Source: Nitrospirota bacterium
GTDB lineage: Bacteria; Nitrospirota; Thermodesulfovibrionia; UBA6902
Length of the DNA stretch: 64,000 nt
Reading direction: 5' to 3'
NCBI GenBank assembly: GCA_016215115.1
Contig: JACRLN010000033.1
Span: 16,279 to 80,278 of the forward strand
Numbering within the stretch: the stretch's first letter is position 1; each line of letters starts with the position of its first letter. Positions 38,713 to 48,663 of the stretch are shown in pieces. A model generated the notes under the pieces. The model was not told the origin of the DNA, searched no databases, and worked only from the letters and a program-made list of their open reading frames with translations. The position numbers and the translations under genes were made by a program.

Positions 38713-39351
38713 TTACGGCGGGTTTATGAGGAGAGAATCTTCCCTCCCGCCTTTGATGATTACTTTTCTGCCTTCTACGGAAATCCTGCCTTCAGAATAA
38801 AGTCTAATGGCATACGGAAAGATTTTGTGTTCCTGTTTAAGTATCCGTTCAGACAAAGTGTCTTCTGTATCATCGTGATACACGGGTACCGCCGCCTGGA
38901 TTATTATCGCTCCGGTATCCATACCTTCATCAACAAAATGCACTGTGCATCCTGAAATCTTGACTCCATAATCAACCGCCTGTTTTTGTCCGTGAAGTCC
39001 CGGAAATGAAGGGAGCAGGGCAGGGTGGATATTCATTATTTTATTACGATACTGGTCTATGAGCGCTTTTCCGACTACTCTCATAAAGCCTGCCAATATT
39101 ACTAATTCAACGCCTCTCATTTTCAGTTCCTCAGCAATACAGGAATAGTATGCGTTTTTGTCAGTGAAATCTTTCGGCTTTAAGACGAGTGATTCGATGT
39201 TATGCTTTTTTGCCCGTTCAATGGCATAAGCATCTGGATTATCGGTTATCAGGACAGCGATTTTTGCCTTGAGAAAGCCGGAATCAATGCTGTCAATGAT
39301 TGACTGGAAATTTGAGCCTCTGCCTGAGGCGAGAACGCCGATAGTAAGCAT
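38713..39351 (-). CDS. purN: Phosphoribosylglycinamide formyltransferase
   Basis: LASGRGSN N-terminus and NIHPALLP motif. Confidence 0.9.
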   Translation of the reverse strand: MLTIGVLASGRGSNFQSIIDSIDSGFLKAKIAVLITDNPDAYAIERAKKHNIESLVLKPKDFTDKNAYYSCIAEELKMRGVELVILAGFMRVVGKALIDQYRNKIMNIHPALLPSFPGLHGQKQAVDYGVKISGCTVHFVDEGMDTGAIIIQAAVPVYHDDTEDTLSERILKQEHKIFPYAIRLYSEGRISVEGRKVIIKGGREDSLLINPP

Positions 39352-39452
39352 GGGTAATTATAAACAAAACAGAGTAAACCGTCCACCGTGTCCGTAATCC
39401 GTGTCCGTTTTGTCTTTCACGGACACGCTAACCGGTCACGTTCCACGGTCTT

Positions 39453-39677
39453 TTACAGCCTCATATCCCTGTCAATCATTGGCTTGAAAGGCTTTGGTTC
39501 GTGGTTGATGAATTCGTTGAATTGCTGTACAAATTCAATATAAGCATCAAAGTCCACTACACCGTTCTTGACAAAAGGAGACTGCCATTGCGAGCTCAGC
39601 ATTTCCATGTCTTTCCTCAGTTCTTCAGATTTACCGAGTTCGACAAGCTCTTTTTCTGCCCTTTCAGACAGTTTCAT
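39453..39677 (-). CDS. Small hypothetical protein (74 aa), possible partner of the adjacent nucleotidyltransferase
   Basis: Its start overlaps the upstream ORF's stop (ATGA-type coupling). No recognisable motif. Confidence 0.35.
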   Translation of the reverse strand: MKLSERAEKELVELGKSEELRKDMEMLSSQWQSPFVKNGVVDFDAYIEFVQQFNEFINHEPKPFKPMIDRDMRL

Positions 39678-39678
39678 C

Positions 39679-40221
39679 TCAGTCTCCTCTTAATCTTTTA
39701 TATTCATCTTCCATGTTAAAAATATTGCAATATTTCTCCAGCAGCTCCCAGTCAAGGTTTTTCCTGTTTGCCGAAACGAGAAGCTCTATATCCGGCATGT
39801 CGATCTTTTCCCTTGAAGGATTATTATAAATAGCCTGAATCTTCAATCCGATAATATCCTCCGGTATCAGTGTTTTAATTTTTAACATTCCGCTGAAAAT
39901 ATCTTTCTCTACTGCCCGCTGAAGCATTTCAACGCTTGCTTCTCTGAAAGCATGGATAAAGTCTATCCCGCCGAAAACTTTTAAAGGAGAAGTATATTGT
40001 GAAACATTTTCAGTTTTCTGATGAACTTCGTAACCAAGGGCGGTTACTATTCCGTGAACCTTTTGCATGTCGTTCCGATGCACAAGAAAATCCAGATCAA
40101 CGGTTGACCTTGAGCCTCCCCACAATCCCATCGCAAACCCGCCTATAAGGCCATAACGTATGCTATCTTTTTCAAATGCCGTCAGGAGTTTTTGCAGGAT
40201 GAGTTTAAAATCCATTTGCAC
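39679..40221 (-). CDS. Pol-beta superfamily nucleotidyltransferase (MNT-like)
   Basis: GLIGGFAMGLWGGSRSTVDLDFLV: a G-S/G motif followed by a DxD catalytic pair. Confidence 0.55.
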   Translation of the reverse strand: MQMDFKLILQKLLTAFEKDSIRYGLIGGFAMGLWGGSRSTVDLDFLVHRNDMQKVHGIVTALGYEVHQKTENVSQYTSPLKVFGGIDFIHAFREASVEMLQRAVEKDIFSGMLKIKTLIPEDIIGLKIQAIYNNPSREKIDMPDIELLVSANRKNLDWELLEKYCNIFNMEDEYKRLRGD

Positions 40222-40303
40222 AATATTTTATCAGTGCGGCGTTATAATTGCCATTTCTTTTTTAATGAGATTATTAAGTTTCGTGTTCGATGAAGTGATT
40301 CTA

Positions 40304-40576
40304 TCAGGCGCTCTTTTTATAATGTGCGGCATACCAATCTATAACCTGCCGGATCATCTTTTGATAGGAAGTATGGTGTTTTTTGGCCGCTTTTTTGAAA
40401 AAATCGATACTCTCCTTTTTTAAAGAGATTGTTATCTTAATGTTTTCTTCTTTCAATACAAGTTGATCAGGTCGAGGAAGAAAGTCTTTAATTACTTTTA
40501 ACTCCCCCATCGGCTCTTCAGTATATTTTATTTTTTTCTTCATATAGTTTCCTCCCTTTTCTCCAATATCCAGCAC
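40304..40576 (-). CDS. brnA: BrnA-family antitoxin
   Basis: C-terminal ..ISLKKESIDFFKKAAKKHHTSYQKMIRQVIDWYAAHY resembles BrnA. Overlaps brnT. Confidence 0.7.
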   Translation of the reverse strand: MLDIGEKGGNYMKKKIKYTEEPMGELKVIKDFLPRPDQLVLKEENIKITISLKKESIDFFKKAAKKHHTSYQKMIRQVIDWYAAHYKKSA

Positions 40577-40805
40577 CGTAAATACGGATAATATTACCTC
40601 TGTAGGTGAACCTAACGGTCATTATGCCGTCGTCCACACGACCGATACAGTAAAACCGCTCCTCCTCTAAACTATGATTAACGTCTTCGGCAATGACACG
40701 ATGAGGGTCAAGAAAAGCAAGCTGAGCCAATGAAAAAGATACATTGTGCTTGTCCTGGTTTTCCTTGTCTTTATCATCATCCCATTCGAAGCGGGTTTTC
40801 TTCAT
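40518..40805 (-). CDS. brnT: BrnT-family ribonuclease toxin
   Basis: FEWDDDKDKENQDKHNVSF..FLDPH..E.R...G........V.FTYRGNIIRIYGAGYW matches the BrnT/DUF497 pattern. Confidence 0.75.
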   Translation of the reverse strand: MKKTRFEWDDDKDKENQDKHNVSFSLAQLAFLDPHRVIAEDVNHSLEEERFYCIGRVDDGIMTVRFTYRGNIIRIYGAGYWRKGRKLYEEKNKIY

Positions 40806-41228
40806 AGAAGTAGATACAATATAATACAGATATGGTTAAAATAGCAATATTTAAGTATGGCTACAGGAATAGAAAGAGTTCGGGTGGTTGAACCTATCTT
40901 CTGCTATGAAGATGCAGTTTAAAGGGCTATTGACATAGAATCTCGGAAGGAATCAATTGATATTATCAGACAAGGAGTAACCTATATGATTCTGTAACAC
41001 CATCCAAAATCAAGGTGGTGCGATGACCCCTTACTTATTTCCCATTTCGGTCACCGTTCCCATCTGTATCTCTCTGCTAAGGTAATACAGTAAAATTGAT
41101 GGCAACAACACGAATCCCTGCGACATCCGATCAGTGAGGAAACAGGGTCAGGTCTTGCAATTTGCATTCGGGATTAATTTTTGAGAGTAATTTGCTAAGA
41201 TAGCGATAACTTTTTTAGGATACAGGGC

Positions 41229-41309
41229 ATGGCGAAACCTTTGAGGATAGAATATAAGGGTGCTGTACATCATGTGATTTCGAGGGGCAATGAGTGGTTA
41301 AATAATTAA
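41229..41309 (+). pseudogene. Truncated IS200/IS605-type (RAYT-like) Y1 transposase N-terminus
   Basis: MAKPLRIEYKGAVHHVISRGNE then a stop; this is the canonical RAYT/TnpA_IS200 start. Flanked by inverted repeats GGGTCAGGTCTTGCAATTTGCAT / ATGCAAGACTTGACCC. Confidence 0.6.
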
Positions 41310-41373
41310 TGAAAAATTGCAAAATGCAAGACTTGACCCTCAAATTTCCATGTATGTTGCCGAGGGAGCTTCC

Positions 41374-42408
41374 TTAAATATACACTACGCCTCTATCACC
41401 CTTTTCAACCTGCCCTATAATAAATGCCTTTTCACTGAGGCGTGTAAATTTTTTAACGATCTTTTCTGCATCCGTCCTGTTAACGACCAGTATTAGACCG
41501 ATCCCCATGTTGAACGTCTTATACATTTCACCTTCATCAACATTTCCCGTATTCTGGATAAGGTGGAATATCGGATGAACCGGCCAACTGCCTCTTTCAA
41601 TGACAAATTTTAATTTTTTGTTCTGTGGAACGACACGCGGGAGGTTTTCGGTAATTCCCCCGCCGGTTATATGGGCGATGCCTTTTATTTTAAAATTCTC
41701 AAGCACCTTCAAAACACTTTTCACATAAATTTTCGTTGGTTTTAAAAGTTCTTCTCCGATGGAACAGCCGAGATCTTTTATATGTTTTTTCGGACTGTAT
41801 TTTTTTATGTCAAAGAAAAGTTTTCTTGCGAGCGAGTATCCGTTACTGTGAAGCCCGTTTGAAGAAAGACCAATCAGTATATCGCCGTCCCTGATTTCAG
41901 AACCATTGATAATCGCTTTTTTATCCACAATACCAACTGCGAATCCGGCGAGGTCATATTCTCCTTTACTGTAAAATCCCGGCATCTCGGCGGTTTCACC
42001 ACCGATGAGTGAGCAGCCGGCTTGCCTGCAGCCGTCAGCAATGCCTTTAATAACATCTCCGGCGGTTTTTGTTGAAAGCTTTCCTGTTGCAAAGTAATCG
42101 AGGAAGAAGAGGGGCATCGCTCCGCTTGTGAGGATATCATTTACCGACATGGCAACAAGGTCTATCCCGACTGTGTCGTGTTTGTTCATCAAAAAGGCAA
42201 TTTTTAATTTTGTTCCCACACCGTCCGTGCTGCTTACAAGGACCGGCTCCCTGTATTTGGATTTATCGATTTTATAGAAGGCGCCGAAAGAACCAATCTC
42301 GTTAATCACATTTTTAGAAAAAGTAGCTTGCGCAAGGGGCTTGATAATATCCACGAGCCTGTTGCCCTTTTCAATATTAACCCCTGCATTTTTATAAGTG
42401 AGCGGCAT
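41374..42408 (-). CDS. purM: Phosphoribosylformylglycinamidine cyclo-ligase (AIR synthetase)
   Basis: PurM N and C domains; DGVGTK motif. Confidence 0.9.
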   Translation of the reverse strand: MPLTYKNAGVNIEKGNRLVDIIKPLAQATFSKNVINEIGSFGAFYKIDKSKYREPVLVSSTDGVGTKLKIAFLMNKHDTVGIDLVAMSVNDILTSGAMPLFFLDYFATGKLSTKTAGDVIKGIADGCRQAGCSLIGGETAEMPGFYSKGEYDLAGFAVGIVDKKAIINGSEIRDGDILIGLSSNGLHSNGYSLARKLFFDIKKYSPKKHIKDLGCSIGEELLKPTKIYVKSVLKVLENFKIKGIAHITGGGITENLPRVVPQNKKLKFVIERGSWPVHPIFHLIQNTGNVDEGEMYKTFNMGIGLILVVNRTDAEKIVKKFTRLSEKAFIIGQVEKGDRGVVYI

Positions 42409-42453
42409 AAATCTCCTTTAATAAAATAACTCAGGTAAAAATTATCATTTAGT

Positions 42454-42611
42454 GTAACCCTTCAGTTATGGGTGACAAAAAACTATTTGGATTGTCATTC
42501 CCGCGATCTGTTAAGCGGGAATCCAGAAACCAGAGAACTGGATCCCCGCTCAAAGGACTGCGGGGATGACACGCTATAAACAATTATTGCAACCCGTAAC
42601 TGAAGGGTTAC
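42454..42611. mobile_element. MITE copy 3 (inverted orientation)
   Basis: Reverse complement matches copy 2 end to end. Confidence 0.8.
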
Positions 42612-42650
42612 CATTTAGCATTTAACAATTTCATTTTAAACTTTGCAATG

Positions 42651-43370
42651 CTAAATATAACTTGCATTCTTTTTAAGTTTCTTCAGAGCAGCCTCGGCTG
42701 CCTTCTGGGCTGCAGCTTTCTTGGTTTTCCCTTTTCCCAGACCCAGATAATTTTCATTTATGAAAACTTTTACTTCGAAGGTCTTTTTATGTTCAGGACC
42801 TTCTTCTTTGTGTATGACATATGCTGGCAGTACGCCGAATTCTGCCTGGGCCACTTCCTGAAGTTTTGTCTTAAAATCAAAGATAAAATTTTTTGTTGAA
42901 AGTTCATCCGTCTTATATATTAAATGCCTGAGGATAAAAGCCTTTGCCTTTTTATAACCTCCGTCAAGATATATTGCGGCTAAGACCGCCTCAAATGCAT
43001 CGGCAAGAAGAGAGTCCTTTTTCCTGCCGCCTGTCATTTCCTCACCTTTACCCAGAATAAGACATTCTCCGATATTAATACTTTTTGCAATCTCCGCCAG
43101 CGTTGACTCCTGAACAGTATAGGCCTTTATTCTGGAAAGGTCCGCCTCGGTATATTCAGGATAAGTGGTGAAGATATATTCACTGATAATTAACTCAAGT
43201 ACCGAGTCGCCTAAAAATTCCATACGCTCATTGAATGATAAACTGCCTTTCTGTTTTTCATGCGCATATGACTTGTGTGTAATCGCCTCTTTTAAGAGAG
43301 ATTTTTTTTTAAAAGTGTAACCGAGATTGTTTTCGAGATCAGCTATATTTTTTGAAGATGAGACACGCAT
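42651..43370 (-). CDS. rnc: Ribonuclease III
   Basis: ERMEFLGDSVLEL signature and a C-terminal dsRBD. Confidence 0.9.
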   Translation of the reverse strand: MRVSSSKNIADLENNLGYTFKKKSLLKEAITHKSYAHEKQKGSLSFNERMEFLGDSVLELIISEYIFTTYPEYTEADLSRIKAYTVQESTLAEIAKSINIGECLILGKGEEMTGGRKKDSLLADAFEAVLAAIYLDGGYKKAKAFILRHLIYKTDELSTKNFIFDFKTKLQEVAQAEFGVLPAYVIHKEEGPEHKKTFEVKVFINENYLGLGKGKTKKAAAQKAAEAALKKLKKNASYI

Positions 43371-44577
43371 TCGTTCCACCGAAACCAAATGAATTGGATA
43401 TAGCAATGTTTATATAAAGGGGCCTTGATTTATGAGGTAGATAATCAAGGTCGCACTCCGGGTCAGGATTATCAAGATTAATAGTAGGAGGCACAATCTT
43501 ATTATATATACTGAGCGCGCAGATTCCTGCTTCTACCCCGCCTGAAGCGCCAAGGAGATGTCCGATCATTGACTTTGTGGAACTGATGCACAATTTATGG
43601 GCGTGGGAGCCGAAAACTTTTTTGATCGCTAAAGTTTCCAGTTCATCGCCGTATTTTGTTGAAGTTCCATGTGCGTTGATATAATCAATTTCTTCAGGAC
43701 TGATACCGGCATCCTTTAATGCAAGTCCCATGCATTTTGCCGCTCCTTCACCGTTGGGAGACGGGCTTGTTATATGATATGCGTCTGAGTTAAGACCATA
43801 ACCTGTCAATTCAGCATAAATCCTGGCTCCCCTGTTTACCGCATTTTCCATCTCTTCAAGGACCAATACCCCGGCGCCTTCTCCCATGACAAAGCCGTCT
43901 CTGTCCCTGTCAAAAGGTCTGCTTGCCTTTTCAGGTGCGTCATTCCTTGTAGAGAGGGCTTTCATTGAAGTAAATCCGGCAATGCCTAAAGGGGTTATAC
44001 ATGCTTCAGTCCCTCCGCAGATCATTGCATCGGCAACACCGTGCTGTATCAGCTTGAAAGCATCACCTATTGAATGAGTTCCGGTAGCGCATGCTGTAGC
44101 AACGGCAGAATTCGGGCCTTTAACGCCGAAACGGATAGATATCTGACCGGAGGTAAGGTTTATTATTGTCATCGGGATAAAGAAAGGGGACACCCTCTTG
44201 GGACCCTTTTCAAGCAGGACCTGTTTATAATGCTCAATTGCAGACAGACCGCCTACTCCTGCGCCGACAATTACCCCGATTCTGTCAGCATTGCCTTCCG
44301 TTACCTTGAGTCCTGAATCTTCCATCGCCAGTGTTGCTGCAGCAAGCCCCAGGTGAATAAACCTGTCCATTTTTTTCTGTTCTTTTATTTCTATAAACCG
44401 GTCTATTTCAAAGTCGGGAATTTCTGCGGCTATCTGGCATGGCAGGCCCTCAGGATTAAAGTGAGTTATTATCCTTACGGCAGGACGGCCTTCTAAAAGG
44501 CCTTTCCATGATTTTTCTGTACCTGTGCCAAGGGGTGTTACCATCCCAACCCCTGTTATTACTACGCGTCTTTTCAT
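43339..44577 (-). CDS. fabF: 3-oxoacyl-ACP synthase II
   Basis: KAS II Cys-His-His active-site pattern, 412 aa. Confidence 0.9.
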   Translation of the reverse strand: MKRRVVITGVGMVTPLGTGTEKSWKGLLEGRPAVRIITHFNPEGLPCQIAAEIPDFEIDRFIEIKEQKKMDRFIHLGLAAATLAMEDSGLKVTEGNADRIGVIVGAGVGGLSAIEHYKQVLLEKGPKRVSPFFIPMTIINLTSGQISIRFGVKGPNSAVATACATGTHSIGDAFKLIQHGVADAMICGGTEACITPLGIAGFTSMKALSTRNDAPEKASRPFDRDRDGFVMGEGAGVLVLEEMENAVNRGARIYAELTGYGLNSDAYHITSPSPNGEGAAKCMGLALKDAGISPEEIDYINAHGTSTKYGDELETLAIKKVFGSHAHKLCISSTKSMIGHLLGASGGVEAGICALSIYNKIVPPTINLDNPDPECDLDYLPHKSRPLYINIAISNSFGFGGTNACLIFKKYS

Positions 44578-44599
44578 TAATTTTTGAAGATCTTTTTAC

Positions 44600-44725
44600 C
44601 ACAGAGAACACGGAGTTTAAAAAAGAAGTTGAGAAGTTAAGAAGTTATGAAGCAAGAAAAGACAGAAATTATTTTTTCTCCCATCTTCTTAACTTCCCAA
44701 CTTCTCATCTTCTATCTCTCTCTGT
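44600..44725. repeat. Inverted array of degenerate heptamer repeats (GAGAAGTT.. / ..AACTTCTC), likely a terminator hairpin
   Basis: Purine-rich repeats, an A/T loop, then the complementary pyrimidine-rich repeats. Confidence 0.5.
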
Positions 44726-44750
44726 GACCTCTGTGGTTAAAGTTAGTTTT

Positions 44751-44987
44751 TTATTTTCCGGATTTATCTTCTATGTATTTTATGGCATCCTGTACTTTAA
44801 GAATTTTTTCCGCGTCTTCGTCAGGAATCTCAATGTTAAAGGCCTCTTCAAAAGCCATTACAAGCTCGACAGTATCGAGTGAATCAGCGCCGAGATCTTC
44901 AACAAATGATGCCTCAAGGGTTACCTTTTCCATATCAACACCAAGCTGTTTTGCTATTATTTCTTTTACTTTTGCTTCAACTGCCAT
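44751..44987 (-). CDS. acpP: Acyl carrier protein
   Basis: [17 protein letters not shown] phosphopantetheine-site motif. Confidence 0.9.
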   Translation of the reverse strand: MAVEAKVKEIIAKQLGVDMEKVTLEASFVEDLGADSLDTVELVMAFEEAFNIEIPDEDAEKILKVQDAIKYIEDKSGK

Positions 44988-45110
44988 CAAGCACCTCCGT
45001 TTTTATAATTTACATATTAAGTACAAAAGAATTACAAGCTATCAATTATACATTTTCAGATGAAATATTTCATCTAATCATTAACTGATAGCTGACAGCT
45101 GTCAGCTATT

Positions 45111-45851
45111 TTACATATACATCCCGCCGTTTACATGGATTACCTGGCCGGTTATATAATCAGCTTCTTTAGAGGAAAGGAATATAACCGCATTTGTTAC
45201 GTCTTCCGGAGTCCCGAACTGCCCCAGAGGTATTGCCCTTTTCATCTCATCCTTTACTGCATCGGGAAGAACATCGGTCATTGCCGTCTGAATAAATCCC
45301 GGTGCGACAGCATTGGCCCTGATGCCGCGGCTTGCATATTCCTTCGCAATTGTCTTCGTAAGACCGATAAGCCCTGCCTTTGAGGCGCTGTAATTTGCCT
45401 GTCCGGGATTGCCCATAAAGGCAACCACAGATGATATGCTGATAATCTTGCCGGAACGCTGTTTTGTCATAATTTTTACTGCTTCCTTGCTGCACAAAAA
45501 AGAACCTTTGAGGTTAATGTTTAACACCGCGTCCCAGTCCTCTTCCTTCATCCTGAGCAATACATTGTCTTTGGTAATGCCGGCATTATTCACAAGTATG
45601 TCGAGAACGCCAAACTCTTTAATAAACGTCGCAAAGGCAGAAGAAACATCACCCTGTTTTGAGACGTCGAGTTTTATGGAAATACTTTTCCGGCCTGATT
45701 CCCTGATTTCCTGTGCGGTTTTTTCAGCGCTTTCAATGTTAACATCAGCAATGCCGATATCAGCGCCTTCTTTTGCCATTCCCAAGGCTATTGCCTTACC
45801 GATCCCCTGTGCTGCGCCGGTGATCAATGCTTTTTTTCCTTCAAGCCTCAT
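45111..45851 (-). CDS. fabG: 3-oxoacyl-ACP reductase
   Basis: TGAAQGIG Rossmann motif, SDR catalytic YxxxK, and position within fabF-acpP-fabG. Confidence 0.9.
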   Translation of the reverse strand: MRLEGKKALITGAAQGIGKAIALGMAKEGADIGIADVNIESAEKTAQEIRESGRKSISIKLDVSKQGDVSSAFATFIKEFGVLDILVNNAGITKDNVLLRMKEEDWDAVLNINLKGSFLCSKEAVKIMTKQRSGKIISISSVVAFMGNPGQANYSASKAGLIGLTKTIAKEYASRGIRANAVAPGFIQTAMTDVLPDAVKDEMKRAIPLGQFGTPEDVTNAVIFLSSKEADYITGQVIHVNGGMYM

Positions 45852-45952
45852 TATGCCTCCATTTAAAATTTCCTTTGAATTATAAGACTGGATATTATAA
45901 AATTTCATCCTCAATTAGGCAATACAAAAGTCTGTAAGTTATAATACATCCG

Positions 45953-47533
45953 ATGAAATTACTCCTCATCTCCTTACAATCCAATGCTTATGTAACAGGA
46001 TTAAAGTATGTTGCTGCAAATGCACGTTCATACGGGCATGACGTAAAAATATTATTTCTGCCCGGATATCTGGAAAGCACATTAAATCCTGCGATTGCGG
46101 AATTTATTTCCAATTTTAATCCTGATTTGATCGGCATAAGCCTGATGTCAATCGAATATTATCCTGCCAAAAATCTTACACGTTTATTGAAAGAGAAATT
46201 TGATGTACCGATAATCTGGGGCGGGGTGCATGCAATCATTAAACCGGGGGAATGCATAAGATATGCTGACTATGTATGTATCGGGGAAGGAGAGCATGCA
46301 GTAGTTTCATTACTTAACCATTTAAGCACAAAAGGGAAGGGCACTTCTCCTGAAATTCCCGGCGTATGGGTTAATTATAACGGGCACATAATAAGACCAC
46401 TGATAGCGCAGCCGGAGACGAACCTTGACAGCCTTCCGTTTCAGGAATATCTTCCTGATTATTTCTACGGGTTTCACAATAACAGGCTATACAATTTTGC
46501 TGAACACCAGCGTTTGTTCCGTCAGTATGCCCTATACGGCGGGACTTGCCATATGATGATAACTACACGCGGCTGTCCGTTTCACTGCTCCTATTGCGGG
46601 AATTCCGCATTTATGAACGTATTTGGCAGAAAGGTCCGGGAGAGGTCGGTTAGAAATGTAATTGATGAAATAAAGGAAGTCATAAAGAATCCCTTTATCC
46701 TTTATATTAATTTTCAGGATGACTGCTTTTTTACTCATAATAAGGAGTGGATGGAAGAGTTCTGCCGGTTATACAAAAAACACATTAACCTGCCCTTCAT
46801 TGCACGTGCTATTCCGACAATGCTGGACAAAAAAAGATTGTCTATGCTTGTTGATGCGGGTCTCTGCTGGATAGTCATGGGCATTCAATCCGGAAGCGAC
46901 CGAGTCAATTTTGAGGTTTACAACAGAAAAATACGTTTCCCGGCAGTTAAAAAGGCGGCAGACCTTATCTCGGAAACACATGCAGCGCCGTTTTATGAGA
47001 TGATAGTGGATAATCCATATGAGACAGAGGAAGAGAAAATAGAAACGATTAATTCCATTGCAACATTGAAAAAGCCGTACATTGCTTCGCTCGCTCATCT
47101 GACCTTTTTCCCGGGAACCCCGCTTGCTGAAAAGGCGGTGAAGGATAACATTGTCACACCTGATGCTTACCTCTTTCGGTATCTGCTCAACATTGATGAG
47201 ACTTATTTGAACAAGCTGCTTGCCATAACTCCCTGCACTCCGCGGTTTATTGTTAAATATCTTAATAAACATGAGGCGCAGAGAAAACCATTACATATAT
47301 TTCTCCTCAACGTCCTTCATTTCGCAGTCAAAAGATTTATCGAACCGGTTGTATTTTTGTTCATAACAATGAGATCGCTTGATTACAGAATAAACTGGAT
47401 AGTCAGAACGGTACTTGGAAACTGGAAGTCCACGCTTGCGAGACTTGTCTCCAAATATCTCGGCAAAAGTGATCTCGAATTTGATCAGCGTCTAACACTG
47501 GCAAAAAAGAACATGCCGGAGTTGTTTAAGTAA
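45953..47533 (+). CDS. B12-binding domain radical SAM protein (class B rSAM)
   Basis: N-terminal B12-binding-like domain and TRGCPFHCSYCGN CxxxCxxC cluster. Confidence 0.75.
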   Translation: MKLLLISLQSNAYVTGLKYVAANARSYGHDVKILFLPGYLESTLNPAIAEFISNFNPDLIGISLMSIEYYPAKNLTRLLKEKFDVPIIWGGVHAIIKPGECIRYADYVCIGEGEHAVVSLLNHLSTKGKGTSPEIPGVWVNYNGHIIRPLIAQPETNLDSLPFQEYLPDYFYGFHNNRLYNFAEHQRLFRQYALYGGTCHMMITTRGCPFHCSYCGNSAFMNVFGRKVRERSVRNVIDEIKEVIKNPFILYINFQDDCFFTHNKEWMEEFCRLYKKHINLPFIARAIPTMLDKKRLSMLVDAGLCWIVMGIQSGSDRVNFEVYNRKIRFPAVKKAADLISETHAAPFYEMIVDNPYETEEEKIETINSIATLKKPYIASLAHLTFFPGTPLAEKAVKDNIVTPDAYLFRYLLNIDETYLNKLLAITPCTPRFIVKYLNKHEAQRKPLHIFLLNVLHFAVKRFIEPVVFLFITMRSLDYRINWIVRTVLGNWKSTLARLVSKYLGKSDLEFDQRLTLAKKNMPELFK

Positions 47534-47708
47534 TAAATACTATAAAGCCTTTCTTGACTTCTTCAACTTATTATTTCTGTTTTATCATAGAGAATATTGA
47601 AGAACTCAGAAACGTCCCCAAATTTCACTTGATATGTGGCGGGAATGACATTTATATATAGAAGTGCGGGAGTTTTTAACTTGCGAGTTTTTACGCTTGC
47701 GAACTTAC

Positions 47709-48530
47709 TTAACTCATCACCACCGGCGACCGTTGCGTATTGAATGGATTCATCCTCACTGCGAGGGAAAAGAGATACGGATAGTTGTTTTTCAGATAAT
47801 ACATGTAATCCAGCCATTGAGGCACAAGCATGCTATATGCTCTTTTAATATCACCTGCCATATGGGTATAGTCTGTATCCGGTAAATTTTCAAGATCCTC
47901 CCTGCAAAGCAGCTCTTCCTTAAAATGCAGAATTGCACGGAGAAGATTTGTAAAAGACTCATGTTCAAGTAAATTCTGGTTTTCCAGCAACCGCAAAAAG
48001 AGATTGCTCTTTTCCTGGAGAAAATCCCGCAACACTTTAAAATCGACTCTGTTTTTGTCTACGTCATGGCCATGTCTTTTAATATGTTTACTTGCAGTGA
48101 GAAATTCTTTTTCAGTCCAATCGGCGTTTATAGTAAGATTCCGGCTAATGTTTTCAATTTCGGGGTCGTAATCTATAAAGTATGTTAAAAGCTTTGTGCC
48201 TGCCTCAGAAAAAAATACGCCTATGATAATATTTAACTTCTCAAGTCTTATTTCCTTTTCTCTTTTGTTCAATAATAACTCGGTTGCATTTGCTATAACG
48301 CCAAGAAATGTGCTAACGCCGGTTACAATAAGAATGATAGCAAGTATTTTGCCCTCTGCTGTAACAGGATGTATGTCGCCGTAGCCAACAGTAGCTACGG
48401 TAACGACGGTGAAATAAATAGAATCAGAGAATGATAACTTCTCTGTTATCATGAAACCAAAGGTCCCTGTTAACATGACAGCTATTAATGAAGCTATAAA
48501 AAATTTTAAGCGGAATCCTATATTACTCAT
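47709..48530 (-). CDS. Two-TM potassium channel with C-terminal cytoplasmic domain
   Basis: Selectivity filter TVATVGYGD between two hydrophobic helices. Confidence 0.75.
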   Translation of the reverse strand: MSNIGFRLKFFIASLIAVMLTGTFGFMITEKLSFSDSIYFTVVTVATVGYGDIHPVTAEGKILAIILIVTGVSTFLGVIANATELLLNKREKEIRLEKLNIIIGVFFSEAGTKLLTYFIDYDPEIENISRNLTINADWTEKEFLTASKHIKRHGHDVDKNRVDFKVLRDFLQEKSNLFLRLLENQNLLEHESFTNLLRAILHFKEELLCREDLENLPDTDYTHMAGDIKRAYSMLVPQWLDYMYYLKNNYPYLFSLAVRMNPFNTQRSPVVMS

Positions 48531-48663
48531 ATTAAAACAAGGATTAGGGGATATGGGTCAGGGGTCAGTTTTTTTTACTAATCATTAACCCATAATCCAT
48601 AGTCCCTAACCCTTTAATCCTGTCGATTTATTGTGTATATGAGGCATTCAGCCTTCGTTAATT

